Source: Trichoplax sp. H2 (lineage: Eukaryota). From it: DNA of 44,404 nucleotides. The notes under the pieces are model-generated. The model was not told the origin of the DNA. It was given only the letters and a program-made list of their open reading frames with translations, and made no database searches. Positions 1 to 11,903 of this stretch are shown one piece after another. The stretch covers positions 744,001 to 788,404 of the forward strand of contig NOWV01000023.1 of assembly GCA_003344405.1 (NCBI GenBank). Reading direction: 5' to 3'. Every line of letters starts with the position of its first letter. Position 1 is the stretch's first letter. The position numbers were made by a program, and so were the translations under genes.

Positions 1-24
1 TTGCCTCATTTTTGAATTTGCAAG

Positions 25-356
25 ATATGATTTATTTGTTAATTGAACATCATGCTGATGTCTCTATTGCTAACAACGAAATGGAGAAACCGATTAAGCT
101 TTGTTCTGAAGACTTGGTAAGCGATTAGTTAAGTAGTTAAGTCATGGTTATACATGTGGAATATGTAAAGATGATCTATTCTAACAATTTAACATAATTA
201 ATTTGTAGTTTTTGCAGTACCTTTTCCAATATATTCACAAACGCAATCATAATTCAGTAAACAATAACTAATAATTCTTTAAAATTTGTTTCTTTAATGC
301 AGAGTGATGAACTTAGAATCTTAAATGAGCAATCAAACAGTACGATGGTATTTTAA
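25..356 (+). CDS. 3' end (last two exons, 25-116 and 303-356) of an ankyrin-repeat protein gene; 5' part lies upstream of the window
   Basis: AG at 23-24, exon reads (x)MIYLLIEHHADVSIANNEMEKPIKLCSEDL, GTAAGC donor at 117; AG at 301-302, exon reads SDELRILNEQSNSTMVF-TAA. LLIEHHADVSIANN..EKP fits the ankyrin consensus LLxxGADVNxxdxxGxTP. Confidence 0.65.
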
Positions 357-3300
357 TTAAATTTAAATGTACCGGTGGCTGACCGTAACCAATAGCTAAT
401 GCCTTCGGCCCTTTGAATTTTTTACAACATTAAGATCTATACTTTAGATCTAACTTTCAATCAATCAAGAATAGTTGAATATAATATCATTACTTAGGTT
501 GTATAACTAAAGTAAGTTTAAAAATGACTATAATGTATCACCTCAATAGTAATGCTAATATGATCACAGAAATTTTCTGTAAGTATATCTAAATAGCTTA
601 ATAAACTTTCAGAAGGACTAATTATGTAGGCTCGCTAGTTTAAATCGAAAGAAAGTGAGTATGGGCACTACGGTATTTAAGAGAATAATACAGCACCATT
701 AGCGTTGTATTAAGTAATAGAGTAAATATCAGATAGTTTTTGCGAAGTCATGAAATGTATACTTTATTTATTCGAAAAAAATTTTATAAATTTATATAAT
801 GTATTATCTTTCACTGTGTACTTTTACAATTCCAGTATTCTTTACACGTCAGCGTAAAAATAATAAAAAGTTATCAATTTTTCACATTAAAATACTCCTC
901 TGTTTCTGCATCTAATGTACACTTATTTTAAATGGGCATAACTCCTTACTAATCTATAATTTCATATTGGGTTTTTTTCTTAAACTACAATGAAATTGTA
1001 TCTCGTGTCTTATTCATAGACCTAATACATAAATTTCTACCTATTTCAAGCTACTAAAGTCTTTATTAGTCCTTACTATCAAGAAACCCGGATATTTAAG
1101 CTCAAATTTAATCGTAATTTACATGTATTCATTGCGATGAAAACAAAGCATCTTTCCAACAAACGCTACAGTAAACATTTAAGAGCAAGATCAGAAAGAA
1201 TAAAGCATGCAGTTATAGAATTTTATTAGTTTAGGATTGTCCTTAGCTAGTTTGTCGGACGATCTGTAAAGAGAGCTAAGTCTCTCTATGATAAATTTTT
1301 GTAATTGTGATAAACCTGGCTTGATATAGAAGTTACATATCTAGCTAATGCAACATTACATTCTTGAATCTAATTGTTCTCGTTCGCTCAGTTTTACGTC
1401 AATACACCGATATTTCGTAATGTGATTGATAATCTAGAAAGTTATATTTCGTAATACTTTACATATCGAAATATTCCTTGCGATCGTGAATTTTTCTCAA
1501 TAATATGCGTATCAAATTTAATATAATTTCGATTAGCATTGGAATACTGGCTTAATATAGGTATTGCTAACCGTATTATAACTTGCAATTTAATGCAAAA
1601 TTGAAGTCGTTCACCCATTATAGTATTTTATGCAGTCAGATGCTGCACCTAAGTCATTTTGCTGATGTAATTCCTTCTTCTGAATAAGATAGGTAGCCCA
1701 TTAGAAAATATTAGACGAATATAATGTAAGGGAGAATTGTAATTTAATAGCTCTCTAATCGGATAATTAATTATTAATGTTAACAGCCGGATTTAGAATT
1801 AGTTTAAATAATACTGGATAGTAGTCGCGAATTTAAGCTATCTACTTTAGGAAGTTAATCACCTTATAAATTGCAGTCAATATAATCAGCAGCTTGGTTA
1901 CTAACTATGAATATCTTTTATTTATTGAACAGAAGGTACTGTTTCCGTATTGCATTAGAATTCGGTGTCAAATTTAGTTTGAAGTCATACATTCTAACTA
2001 GTCATTTCATTGTGTGTTTCTTTCCAACGTAACAATCCAAAAGTGAACGTGGGTCTCAGTAATAGCCTAGCTATTGCAACACAATAATGAGCTCGCAAAC
2101 GACCTGTAGCGAAAATCCCCGTTTATTTTACAATCCAAGCGCATTTATATTCATCGAATACATACTGTACAGTATTGGTTCTACCGTTCGTAAAGATACG
2201 CAATACGCCTACGGTTCAGAATACAAACGTCACCAACAAACATCCGGTACATTCTGAACTTGAGTCCGTACTGTACCATTATTATACACATTTCTCCATA
2301 TTCAATTAGTCATTGCCAGCAGCATATAGAACTTATATATTACAAACGTAACATTATGCTATTTTCGAAATTAGGCAATGAATCGAAATTCTATCCTATA
2401 TTTTCTTATTAAGTTGAAGTGATTTTATCGGTGTCCTCGCAAGGGTTTTGATAATAAAAAAGTAATACGAGATAATTATAGCTATAAATTTCAGGAAAAT
2501 GGGAAAAAATTCTTATATATGATTGTCGACATAAAAATTTAATTTACTCGACGAAATATGAATGCAATGCGTAGTAGCTCGAATTAATGAATGAAATATA
2601 TGAATTAGCAATTTTTTTAGGTTATAATCTAGTGCCTTAATTCAAGATATTTCATTGTACAAGTTATAGAATTTGTAAAATTCTATAACTTGCGTTTAAC
2701 TAGATTTTATTTAAAATTAAAATATTTGTATTAGGATGGCGTCTATATCTTCCTCGGGGTAACACTACTTAATGAAAATATCCAAGTGTTATTCCATTAT
2801 TTGTTAAACTTTGGAAATTCGTTATTTCCAGGAAAAGTCACTAATAAACAAATGAGAGTCATAACTAACTAAAATAAATAAACAGCACGAAATTTAGCAA
2901 ATTAAACGAGAAATTTACCAGTCATCAAATTCACCGCGATAACTATTATACGTAATTACTTTTACCTAATTTATAATATAGATACATTATTAATAGAAAC
3001 CCTTTTGTCAACAATTCAGTGTTGATATCTTCTATGTTATTAATGCAGTTCTTGACTTAAGATTTCTACTGCAAGGTCAAAATAGGCTTTTGTAATAGTT
3101 AGTAATATATTATTATGTAGAGTGATAACTTTTTTCTCTGTTAATTTATCCTATCTTAATCGAATTTGAAGATAAATGGCCTAATATTTCGTTAGATGAA
3201 GCATAATATTATAGGTACAGATTGGCTTGTAGCTATCTTATAAAGTAAAATCTGCTTTCAATTAACAAGGATAGTTCAGTTAACCCTAGATTACGTTGTG

Positions 3301-5306
3301 CTGGACTAAAAGACTAAGATCTTAACAGTGATACACGGTAAAATGAAATGAAAAGGTGTGGGTTATGACTTTCGTCTTAGCATTGATTCAGCAATGATCG
3401 GTATATTTCATCTGCATTAACGGCTTGCGTTAAATTAAGTACGAGGATTTATCAATAAAAAGCAAACGTATTTAGAAAATGTCTTCTAAAATCGATAACG
3501 ATTTTAGTAAACTAACTTTACAAAGATCAATAGTGCCGACGAAATAATCATGTGCTACATAGTGTCGCATCTTAATGATATGATAGCGAGGGAAAAGTGC
3601 TCCTAAATGCAATAGTTGTTACTTCTTCACATTTTATCTATTACTATTGAGACTTATGGGTCATAAATATGTAAGATTTACATCATAAAAATTTATATAG
3701 GGTGGTAGAGGTAGTTATGTGCCAGCTATAAAACGAATTAAACTTAAAATGTGGGAAAGAAATATTTTTCGGAATAATCGATTTCAACAGCCGCCAAGCT
3801 ACTTTATGCTCGTGTTTGACTAGCATTAATGTATCTTTCGCGTTATCATCAGAGTTAACTGACGTCTTTAAATTCCAGTCTCTCCTGTAGGCATAATATC
3901 ATTCTTTAGGTAAAGCTCTTATTACTGAAATTAAAATTATTATATCTTAAACTTTTCTATAGATTGTACCGGTATTCAGAAAGTACCAATATACTGTATA
4001 TAGAAAAGTACTTATGAAACAGTTTTCTTGCTACTGATATAATTATGATTACAGTACACTGGTTCAATTAACTTAGGTAATACAAATGTTGTAACAAGCA
4101 TATGGACATTTCCTATCTGATATATTTATATAATATTCAAAGCGAACTATCTTGGCTTAAAATTACAGCCTATATTTCTTCCATTACCAATTTTACAAAT
4201 AATTAACTTATATATGTACTCTAATCGTATCAGCAGTATGTTATCTAGCAGCTGAGCAATAACCAATTTGCTATTATTATGAGCTAGATACTGCTTAGAA
4301 TGTCGCAAATTTCTTCAATAGCCACAAATTTCGCAAGCGAATTCACATAATCAGCAAAGAAATATATTTGGGCATTTCGCAAATTAACTAGGCATTTCGC
4401 GAATTGACTGGATTTCGTACTTGGACGGTAACAACCACACTACCTTTGCGTTTTAATTTTAAAAATTTTAAAATATTTTTTCGTACTATCTCGTATACCG
4501 TGTTATGCATTGTAGTCATAAATGCATCAATGACGTAATACGAAATATACGTGGATATGTAAGCAAAAATGTATCGAATTTGTCAGAGATGAATATATGA
4601 ATCATAGCTTACGCCTCAGCACTTTTTGGAAGGTAAAAGAGATGGACTAGAAGCATAATGATCTAAACCCAATTAAGTTAGTTTATTTATTTTAATGAGA
4701 TTAATGCAGAAACTTATCAGCCATATTGTTTTGGACTAAAATAACTATAATGAAACTTAAATTTTGTAAAAGCCAAGAAAAAAGGTTCTAAAATGCAAAA
4801 TTGGTAGCAACATATTAAAGCACAGAAAATGTATTATTTTCCTAAATTTCTAGTCAAAGAACGTGTGAGTATCTCTGTTATTATATGTGTTTACCTTATT
4901 CAAAATGGGGAAGAAGATTTTCATGAATATATACGTAAATAAAATTACTCACATAAATTAGCTAAAGGTAAATTACTATTATATAAGTTCATAAACAGTA
5001 TTATTCATCAGTATGCAAAAAGAAGAAATACTGCAATATCGCTGATCCGTCAGGTCTAATGTAAATAACTCATCAATATATGTAAATTATAGTCGGAGGG
5101 GGCACTTTTAACTAAGTGAACTAATTATTGTGGAATTAGATATATCCTATAAATGACCACACATCTATAATTTTCTCGTTTACATTGCCATCGATAAATC
5201 AAATATTAGACTAATTTTGATATTATTTTATATACTGCTTGTACGATATCTAGATTTAGATTTATTTTTGTCAAAAACGATAGACTACGTACCGTAATAA
5301 AAGGTA

Positions 5307-8300
5307 ATGAACAACTTGCAGAATTTTGAAATATCCATAGTTAAAGAACCGTGGGTAAGTAATAAATTTTATTTTATAAGGTTACTTTTTAATGTAACTG
5401 AAGCAATAGCAGCTTCTTGATAGTAAAGACAAGTACATCAGTGTAAAACAGATTTTTAAGGTGAATACTTACAACTCCATATTTTTATGAAATAAAGAAA
5501 GTTATTAACAATTGCAAAATATGACAACTCTGTTTTTCATATAAAATTCGCGTTATTTTTATCTACTGTAGATTATCCAAAGACCACGCTATAGCACGGA
5601 AGTTGCAAATGCCACACATGGTCCCATTAAAGGCACGCCAATTATCCAGGTACCACACATTATTTCTATTACGTTATGTATGTTGTTATACTTTATTTGC
5701 TGTTTTACGGTACAAGCAGTTCAAATTGTTGTAATTTTAATATCAATTAGTGTGTTAAAGTCATAGTTTTCATTTCTACTACGATGTATTGCAACATATT
5801 CATAAAGATTTTTACTTAAGCTATCTTGATGGGCATGATCAAATTACATGATAATCTCTTTCGCTGGCTTATTTTAGTATCATGGTATACGAATTTTTTT
5901 GGATATTTCCCTGCTATAAATTTTAATTAAGTTAAAATAGCAAGAGGGAAAACAGAGGTGTGATTCCTTATCGTTTGGACAGATCTGACTAATCTATGCT
6001 GATACTGAGTCTTTTACTGAAATCAAAAGTGCAATCTTAACGTGGGCCTTATTGAGGGCCTGAATTAGTCATCTAGCACATACAGTATAATAGTGCTCTC
6101 TGTCAAGACTGCAAAGCTATCTCTCTTCATTTTCAAAGTCAATAATATTTATACTCAAATAACATAAATACCTATCTTTATGCTCGTCCTATACATATGG
6201 TGAGCGAAATGCAAATCTTATCTGTACTCATGTAAAATTTTTCTACCTTATGGTAGTATATCGATTTACTTGACTCTGGAGCTGGTTATTAAAAATCTCC
6301 TGAAGCAATCAATGCAGCATATTTACGTACCTGGAATAGATTGGATGAGAATCAGTATGCCTGAAATAATTTTACAGTTTACATTTGCTTATAAGAATCA
6401 AAAATATTAGTAAAATTTGCATCTATTCGACTCATTAAATACGTAATTTCATTCTAAGTTCGCTACAGTACGTAACGTTTACCGTCTAGACCAATCAAGC
6501 TATCGAAATGAGATTTACGAACGACTTAAAATTATCCTACTGCTAATTGATTTATTCTACTACTTAACTACATCGTCCCTTGCATACTAGGTAGAGCAGT
6601 TAGTGGTATTAGACTTCGGTTTATCACTCTAAGGTATTCTAAATTAGACTATTAATTGATTCGATGTGCTAAGATAAAACCTGCCCTAGATTCTCAAACT
6701 TACTAAATTTATGATAATCCTCAATCAATTGAATCCCACCCAACCACCAAAACGAGCAGCGCGGGGGTATTTATACTACTTTTAGCCGACTGTGATTATG
6801 GGTTCATTTCAATAAGTCAGTGTATAAGATTCTTACAGTACTTTTTACCTCAAGATTTCTTCATATAAAACGAATAGCTCTAAGGTAGTAATTTCTGCTG
6901 AGTACTGATTTTTAAAATAGTATTCGTTATATCACTAAGGGTGACCACTGGGCCTTTCAATTCTGATTTGATGTAATATTCAGATGAAAATTGAATAAAC
7001 ATAGAATCTTTATAGAGTTTTCTACACGGCCATTTTGACTGTTACATTTTCTTATAACGGTTGTTATTGACAGAGCAAGCGATCCTTAGACACGTTATAA
7101 TGATTGGTATAGAATTGACCACAGTACTAAGGACATTGTACCGCACAGTAGATATCTTACAGTACCTGCTAATCTTAACTTGGTTTGTCCATCAACGGGC
7201 AGTACATTAATTATCATAATGTGCTTTGGACAATTAACTAATCTTAATATAGCATTTCATCGGTGAAAGCATTATTGAAAAGTAGTATTCTGGAAGCATA
7301 ACTGTGATATAGTAGTCCCTGGCTATTAACGGGATATACATAATGTCGAATGGTAATACTATCTGTTAATTATTAACAAATGGGTACATTTTCGTAAACC
7401 GTCAGCAAAGCGACGTGAGTTTGTACTAGTTGTATATTAAAGGAGGAAATGCCTACAATCTCCCTTGATATTGTTTGTGCATATACGGCAATATGGGATA
7501 TGATACAGTACAACATACGAATGAAATTGTGAGAACTCAGACCTAAACGCGCAACCAACATGGTTTAACTATCAATTACGTCTATTTACTGCATACAGCT
7601 GTCACAGTACGAAGTACCGTAAAGAATTCTATGTCAAAACTTAGTGAATTTTGCAATACATCAATAATATTCTAATCAGCATTNNNNNNNNNNNNNNNNN
7701 NNNAATTGACCACAGCACTAAGGACATTGTACCGCACAGTAGATATCTTACAGTACCTGCTAATCTTAACTTGGTTTGTCCATCAACGGGCAGTACATTA
7801 GTTATCATAATGTGCTTTGGACCATTAACTAATCTTAATATAGCATTTCATAGCATTTCATCGGTGAAAGCATTATTGAAAAGTAGTATTCTAGAAGCAT
7901 AACTGTGAATATAGTAGTCACAACATACGAAAGAAATTGTGAGAACTCAGACCTAAACGCGCAACCAACATGGTTTAACTATCAATTACGTCTATTTACT
8001 GCATACAGCTGTCACAGTACGAAGTACCGTAAAGAATTCTATGTCAAAACTTAGTGAATTTTGCAATACATCAATAATATTCTAATCAGCATTATAGAGT
8101 TATCGGATGTTAATAAAATGTTGTCAAATTATGCAAAGTAAACTAGCAAATGAGTGTTCAATCATAATATTACTACTCAGCAATGGTTAATATAATTTTA
8201 ATCTGTCCAGTAGCATTATTCTTCACATTAGGATATGTACAGTGTAGAGCAGATATTATAATTGCCGAATTACTATCAAAGACTGTAATAAGGTTTCATC

Positions 8301-11300
8301 CGTGAATGTATTATTGAAAAGTAGTATTCTACAAAGTACAGTACTTTTGTACAGCATACAGTACACGGATACACGGTAAAAAGTTACTGAACCTCTGACA
8401 GGTCTATCAAATGGTAATACTATCTGTTAAATGAGCACATTATCGTAAACCGTCAGCAAAGCGACGGGAGTTTGCACTAGTGATTATAATTTTAACGATA
8501 ACCAATTATATAATTATAGATGATAGTGTAAATGATTCTCTAATTGGATATACTTTAGTCTAGTCATTTATAATTAGTTAATAGATATCCTGAACTATAA
8601 ATTTCTCTGTAAAATTTAGCTATTAAGCTAGATGTAACCGTTAGAATCTGTAGATGATTCATCATTGCTAGCTGCTACCGGAAGGTATATAAGCTCGGCA
8701 GATAGTTAAATAAAATCAGTTCTCTAGTTATTGAACTGTTACAGTGTTAAATACCGTATTACAGTAGAAATATCTATGTTAGGATAATTCTGTTAGACTA
8801 TCCTTATTTAGTTAACTTCTAATTTGGATATACTATGTTTTAATATAGCACTGACTTTTTATGACAGTGACACTTATACACATACTGAAATTAATAGTTA
8901 TAATAGGGAATGCAAATCATCTACTTACAGTTCGAATCATTGTGATTGTAATTTACTTATGGTAGATTGTAAATTATCATGGAAATGTTCCGTGATAGGA
9001 CATATCGTAATCTGACTATTCTGTATTAGTCATTACATGTCTATGTTGGTAAATACTGTTGTCTGCATTAAGGGAGCAGTAGCTAAACTTAATATCTAAT
9101 TCAGTAAATAATTCCGAAGTTAATTGTATTAACTATGACTCATGAACTATTGAGGAATAGTATATAAATGCAGTATATCGTGAAATAAAAAGAATTCTCC
9201 AACTTAGTGTTTAACGTAAAATACAAGACGTTTAAGTCTTTGTGTAGTCTGCTAGTAGGGCAAAAGTACTTGTGATAATGCAGATATCGTTCCTTGATAC
9301 GTGGTTCAAGGAGTTGACTTATTGATCGTATATTACGTTATCTTGTTGCAAAGCTGTTTTGTGACATGAACGCAGAAGCAAAGGCGCCTACGTTCTTATG
9401 AGTGGTTAAGGCATACTGAATCCCAGAGAATTTAGAAATTTTGAGATTTTTTTACGTAATCCTTATTACGAAACAGCTTTGTGCCAACAGCGAACAGTAA
9501 AAATTCTACGAGAGACTAGCAATCTTAAATTAGAACCTAGATAAAAACTTATGGATTTATGTTGTACTCTATGATAAAGAAATATAGATTCTACTGTATT
9601 TTATAGTGAAAACTAGTAACAAATTTTATCATAATTGAAGTTTAAATTTAATTCTACTTAGAAACATTGGCTATTAAATTAGAATTTTAGAATGTACAAC
9701 ACTTAACAAATATTTTACAATCACACATTGCTATATCATAACCGGATGAGTAGTCAGATGCAATGACACTAAATTTACTGTAATCGAACTCATTTAGTTA
9801 TTTTTAAAGCTATAATATTTACACGAAATGAAATCTGAAAGAAAAATTCTGAAAATTACCTTTAATTACACACGACAATTAAATCTACGTAATTGTGCTT
9901 GCGTTTAGATTTTACTTTCTAAATTCAGCTTAATCAATCTTTTATAATAGTTTCCGGGTTATAGGGGCCCTGTTGTCGTTTTAGCAATGGTATTGGCGAA
10001 TGACAATGGGCCTCATCCCTATAAACTCATTACTATTGGCAGAGAAATTGACCAGTCCTATCATACGCTCAACAGGAATGGCGAAATAGTACCAATTTCT
10101 TCGGTTGATAAAAGCCCTATGCAAGTGGCTATTAAACAATTTGAAGTTATTGAAAATTATGACTTCAGTTGCGGGTAATTTAAGCTATTTATATATTACT
10201 ATCAATAGCTTTATTACGAATTAAGAATGATGTTTCAAACTTTCAATACTACTACTTGAACAGATAGATTTTGCAGGTTTTGTACGGTATACTCGTATCA
10301 ATAGTGGCAGATTTACAGCAGTTAGTTGATATCACGAAATAATTAATAATTTCTAAAAACTTAAAATATAATAAGGCTTATTTTGTGTACAGCATCTTGT
10401 AATTTTACTTTCTCTACAAATGAGATGTATTAAGAATTATACTATATTTTTTGGAAATTCGATGCTGAGTTAATAAATTAAGCAATAAGTTCTTGAAATG
10501 CAATCAACTTAATGATTCATGTCTTTTCATACCTAGATTCCGTAGTATAGGCTTCATTCGAACCAGAAAGGATGAACTAGCAGAGAGTATAAGGGAGAAA
10601 ACTATACTCCTATACCGTTACATTCTGCGCCAGGATCATTGGCAGTATCTGCCGGAACTTCAGTTTGGGCAGTCTAATTCTGAAATTAATGGTAAAATCG
10701 AAGCTGCAATTGAACTTGTCTTAAATTTTGCAATATTGTTTCTGATATCTGATTGAACATTCTAGTAAAACTGGATTAATAAATAATTGCTAAGTCTGTT
10801 GCTTTGTATCCTGCACGTAGATGTACAATTGTTAGAAAATTTTATCAAAAAACGAACGGAGACTAATTCTCAAATCCATATATTTAAATTGGGTTTCTTT
10901 GCCTATCCTGGCCGTTTAGAGGATTTTAATAGTAATAGAGGTCCTCCAAAATTTATAGCAACAAAACCACTTATTCAAGAACGTATGTCAAGCTTATGAT
11001 GAATAACTTAGATTCATATATTACCACGACCATAATATGCCCATTTTCATATGAAGAAATTACTGACCTATGCATTTTCCACATGATTAACATGAAGATT
11101 TTAAATGCATCCACGTTAGGAAGTCCTCAACTTTTCATATGTGATATTTGTCCTGAATCTTGTCTAATGTCTCAAGGTTGCGAAATTATGATCACAGCTA
11201 ACGATGCAAAAGGACTTGATATGGCCAATTATGATATCATTATTAACTATCATCACGGTAATTAATATTAAAATTGATTTTTATAATTGTAATTGACATC

Positions 11301-11903
11301 TTGAAACCTCAAATCTGTAAACGCTAGATTTTGAGCTATTTATAATCAACAAGAATCGTTTTATAAATTATATTATAAGCATTCGATTGCTACCTTCATG
11401 GTAATAAATAGAACTGCGAACAGATATCAGTACTGGTATATACCGAGAATATCCGGTACCCTTAGGAAGAAGCGAAGCTAGAAGCTATGTTCAGTTCATT
11501 GCAGATGCGGTAATGTAACAGTATTGTCTGAGCCATTTTAGTTCTTTTAATAATATTATTTAACTTTTTTCAAGTTTTTATCAGTTGCCATTCCTTAAAG
11601 ATACCAGAATGGGCTTTGAAATAGTTATTGCTTCAATATATTAAGCTTGTGTTGCATTTACTTCAGCTAGTGCCATCCAATTCGACATTATGCTCATTTC
11701 TCTATAAAATTGTTAATCTTCAATTTTTCGATTTGATTAATCTTGCACAGCGCTGTCTAGTGTTTGAAATGCCTCCTTATATAAGTTATGATCAGAACCA
11801 AGTTCCTCAGTCATATCCAATTGAAGTAATGACGACAGTACATTTATCACGAAAAGGTTCAAGAAATATCTCGGAAGGAAAAGAGTTTTACTACCGCAGT
11901 TGA
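5307..11903 (+). CDS. Rel-homology domain protein, copy A (divergent NF-kB/Rel-like, RHD-N + IPT only, 351 aa). Exons 5307-5354, 5572-5649, 9951-10174, 10537-10691, 10821-10982, 11120-11257, 11412-11509, 11751-11903
   Basis: All junctions are GT-AG and phase-compatible; total 1056 nt, open to TGA. Motifs occur in RHD order: EISIVKEP / QRPRYSTE..THGPIKG / GYRGPVVV...PHPYKL / FRSIGFIRTRKDELAESIREK / FKLGFFAY...TKPLIQE / LFICDICPESC...GCEIMI / CLVFEMPPY...VHLSRKG...SEGKEFYY. These match RelA/p50 motifs EIIEQP, RFRYxCE, GYTGP..PHPHEL, FQNLGI..KK, RLCF, AIVFxTPxY, SEPxxFxY. The start Met is inferred. Confidence 0.85.
7113..8093. repeat. Direct duplication (7113-7683 vs 7704-8093) either side of a 20-N gap; a further diverged partial copy lies at about 8310-8480
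   Basis: Both copies begin aattgaccacag(t/c)actaaggacattg and end tctaatcagcatt; the second lacks about 190 bp internally. N-run at 7684-7703. Confidence 0.9.
7684..7703. other. Assembly gap (20 N)
   Basis: Run of n characters. Confidence 1.
8765..9365 (+). repeat. Dispersed repeat, copy 1 (in intron 2 of RHD copy A)
   Basis: Colinear blocks shared with about 19135-19577, e.g. gaaatatctatgttaggataa, ttacttatggtagattgta, gaaatgttccgtgatag, atacgtggttca, gacttattgatcgta, ttgttgcaaagctg. Confidence 0.85.

Noticed and set aside
2112..2121. kB-like site (GGGGATTTTC on the minus strand) upstream of copy A, suggesting autoregulation
   Set aside because: Single imperfect match about 3 kb from the gene; expected by chance.
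7113..8093. Gap-flanking duplications (also 21670-22373) as biological tandem duplications; ORFs 7373-7561 and 7651-7902
   Set aside because: Each abuts a 20-N gap, typical of unmerged contig or haplotype overlaps. The ORFs have no recognisable motifs and one spans the Ns.
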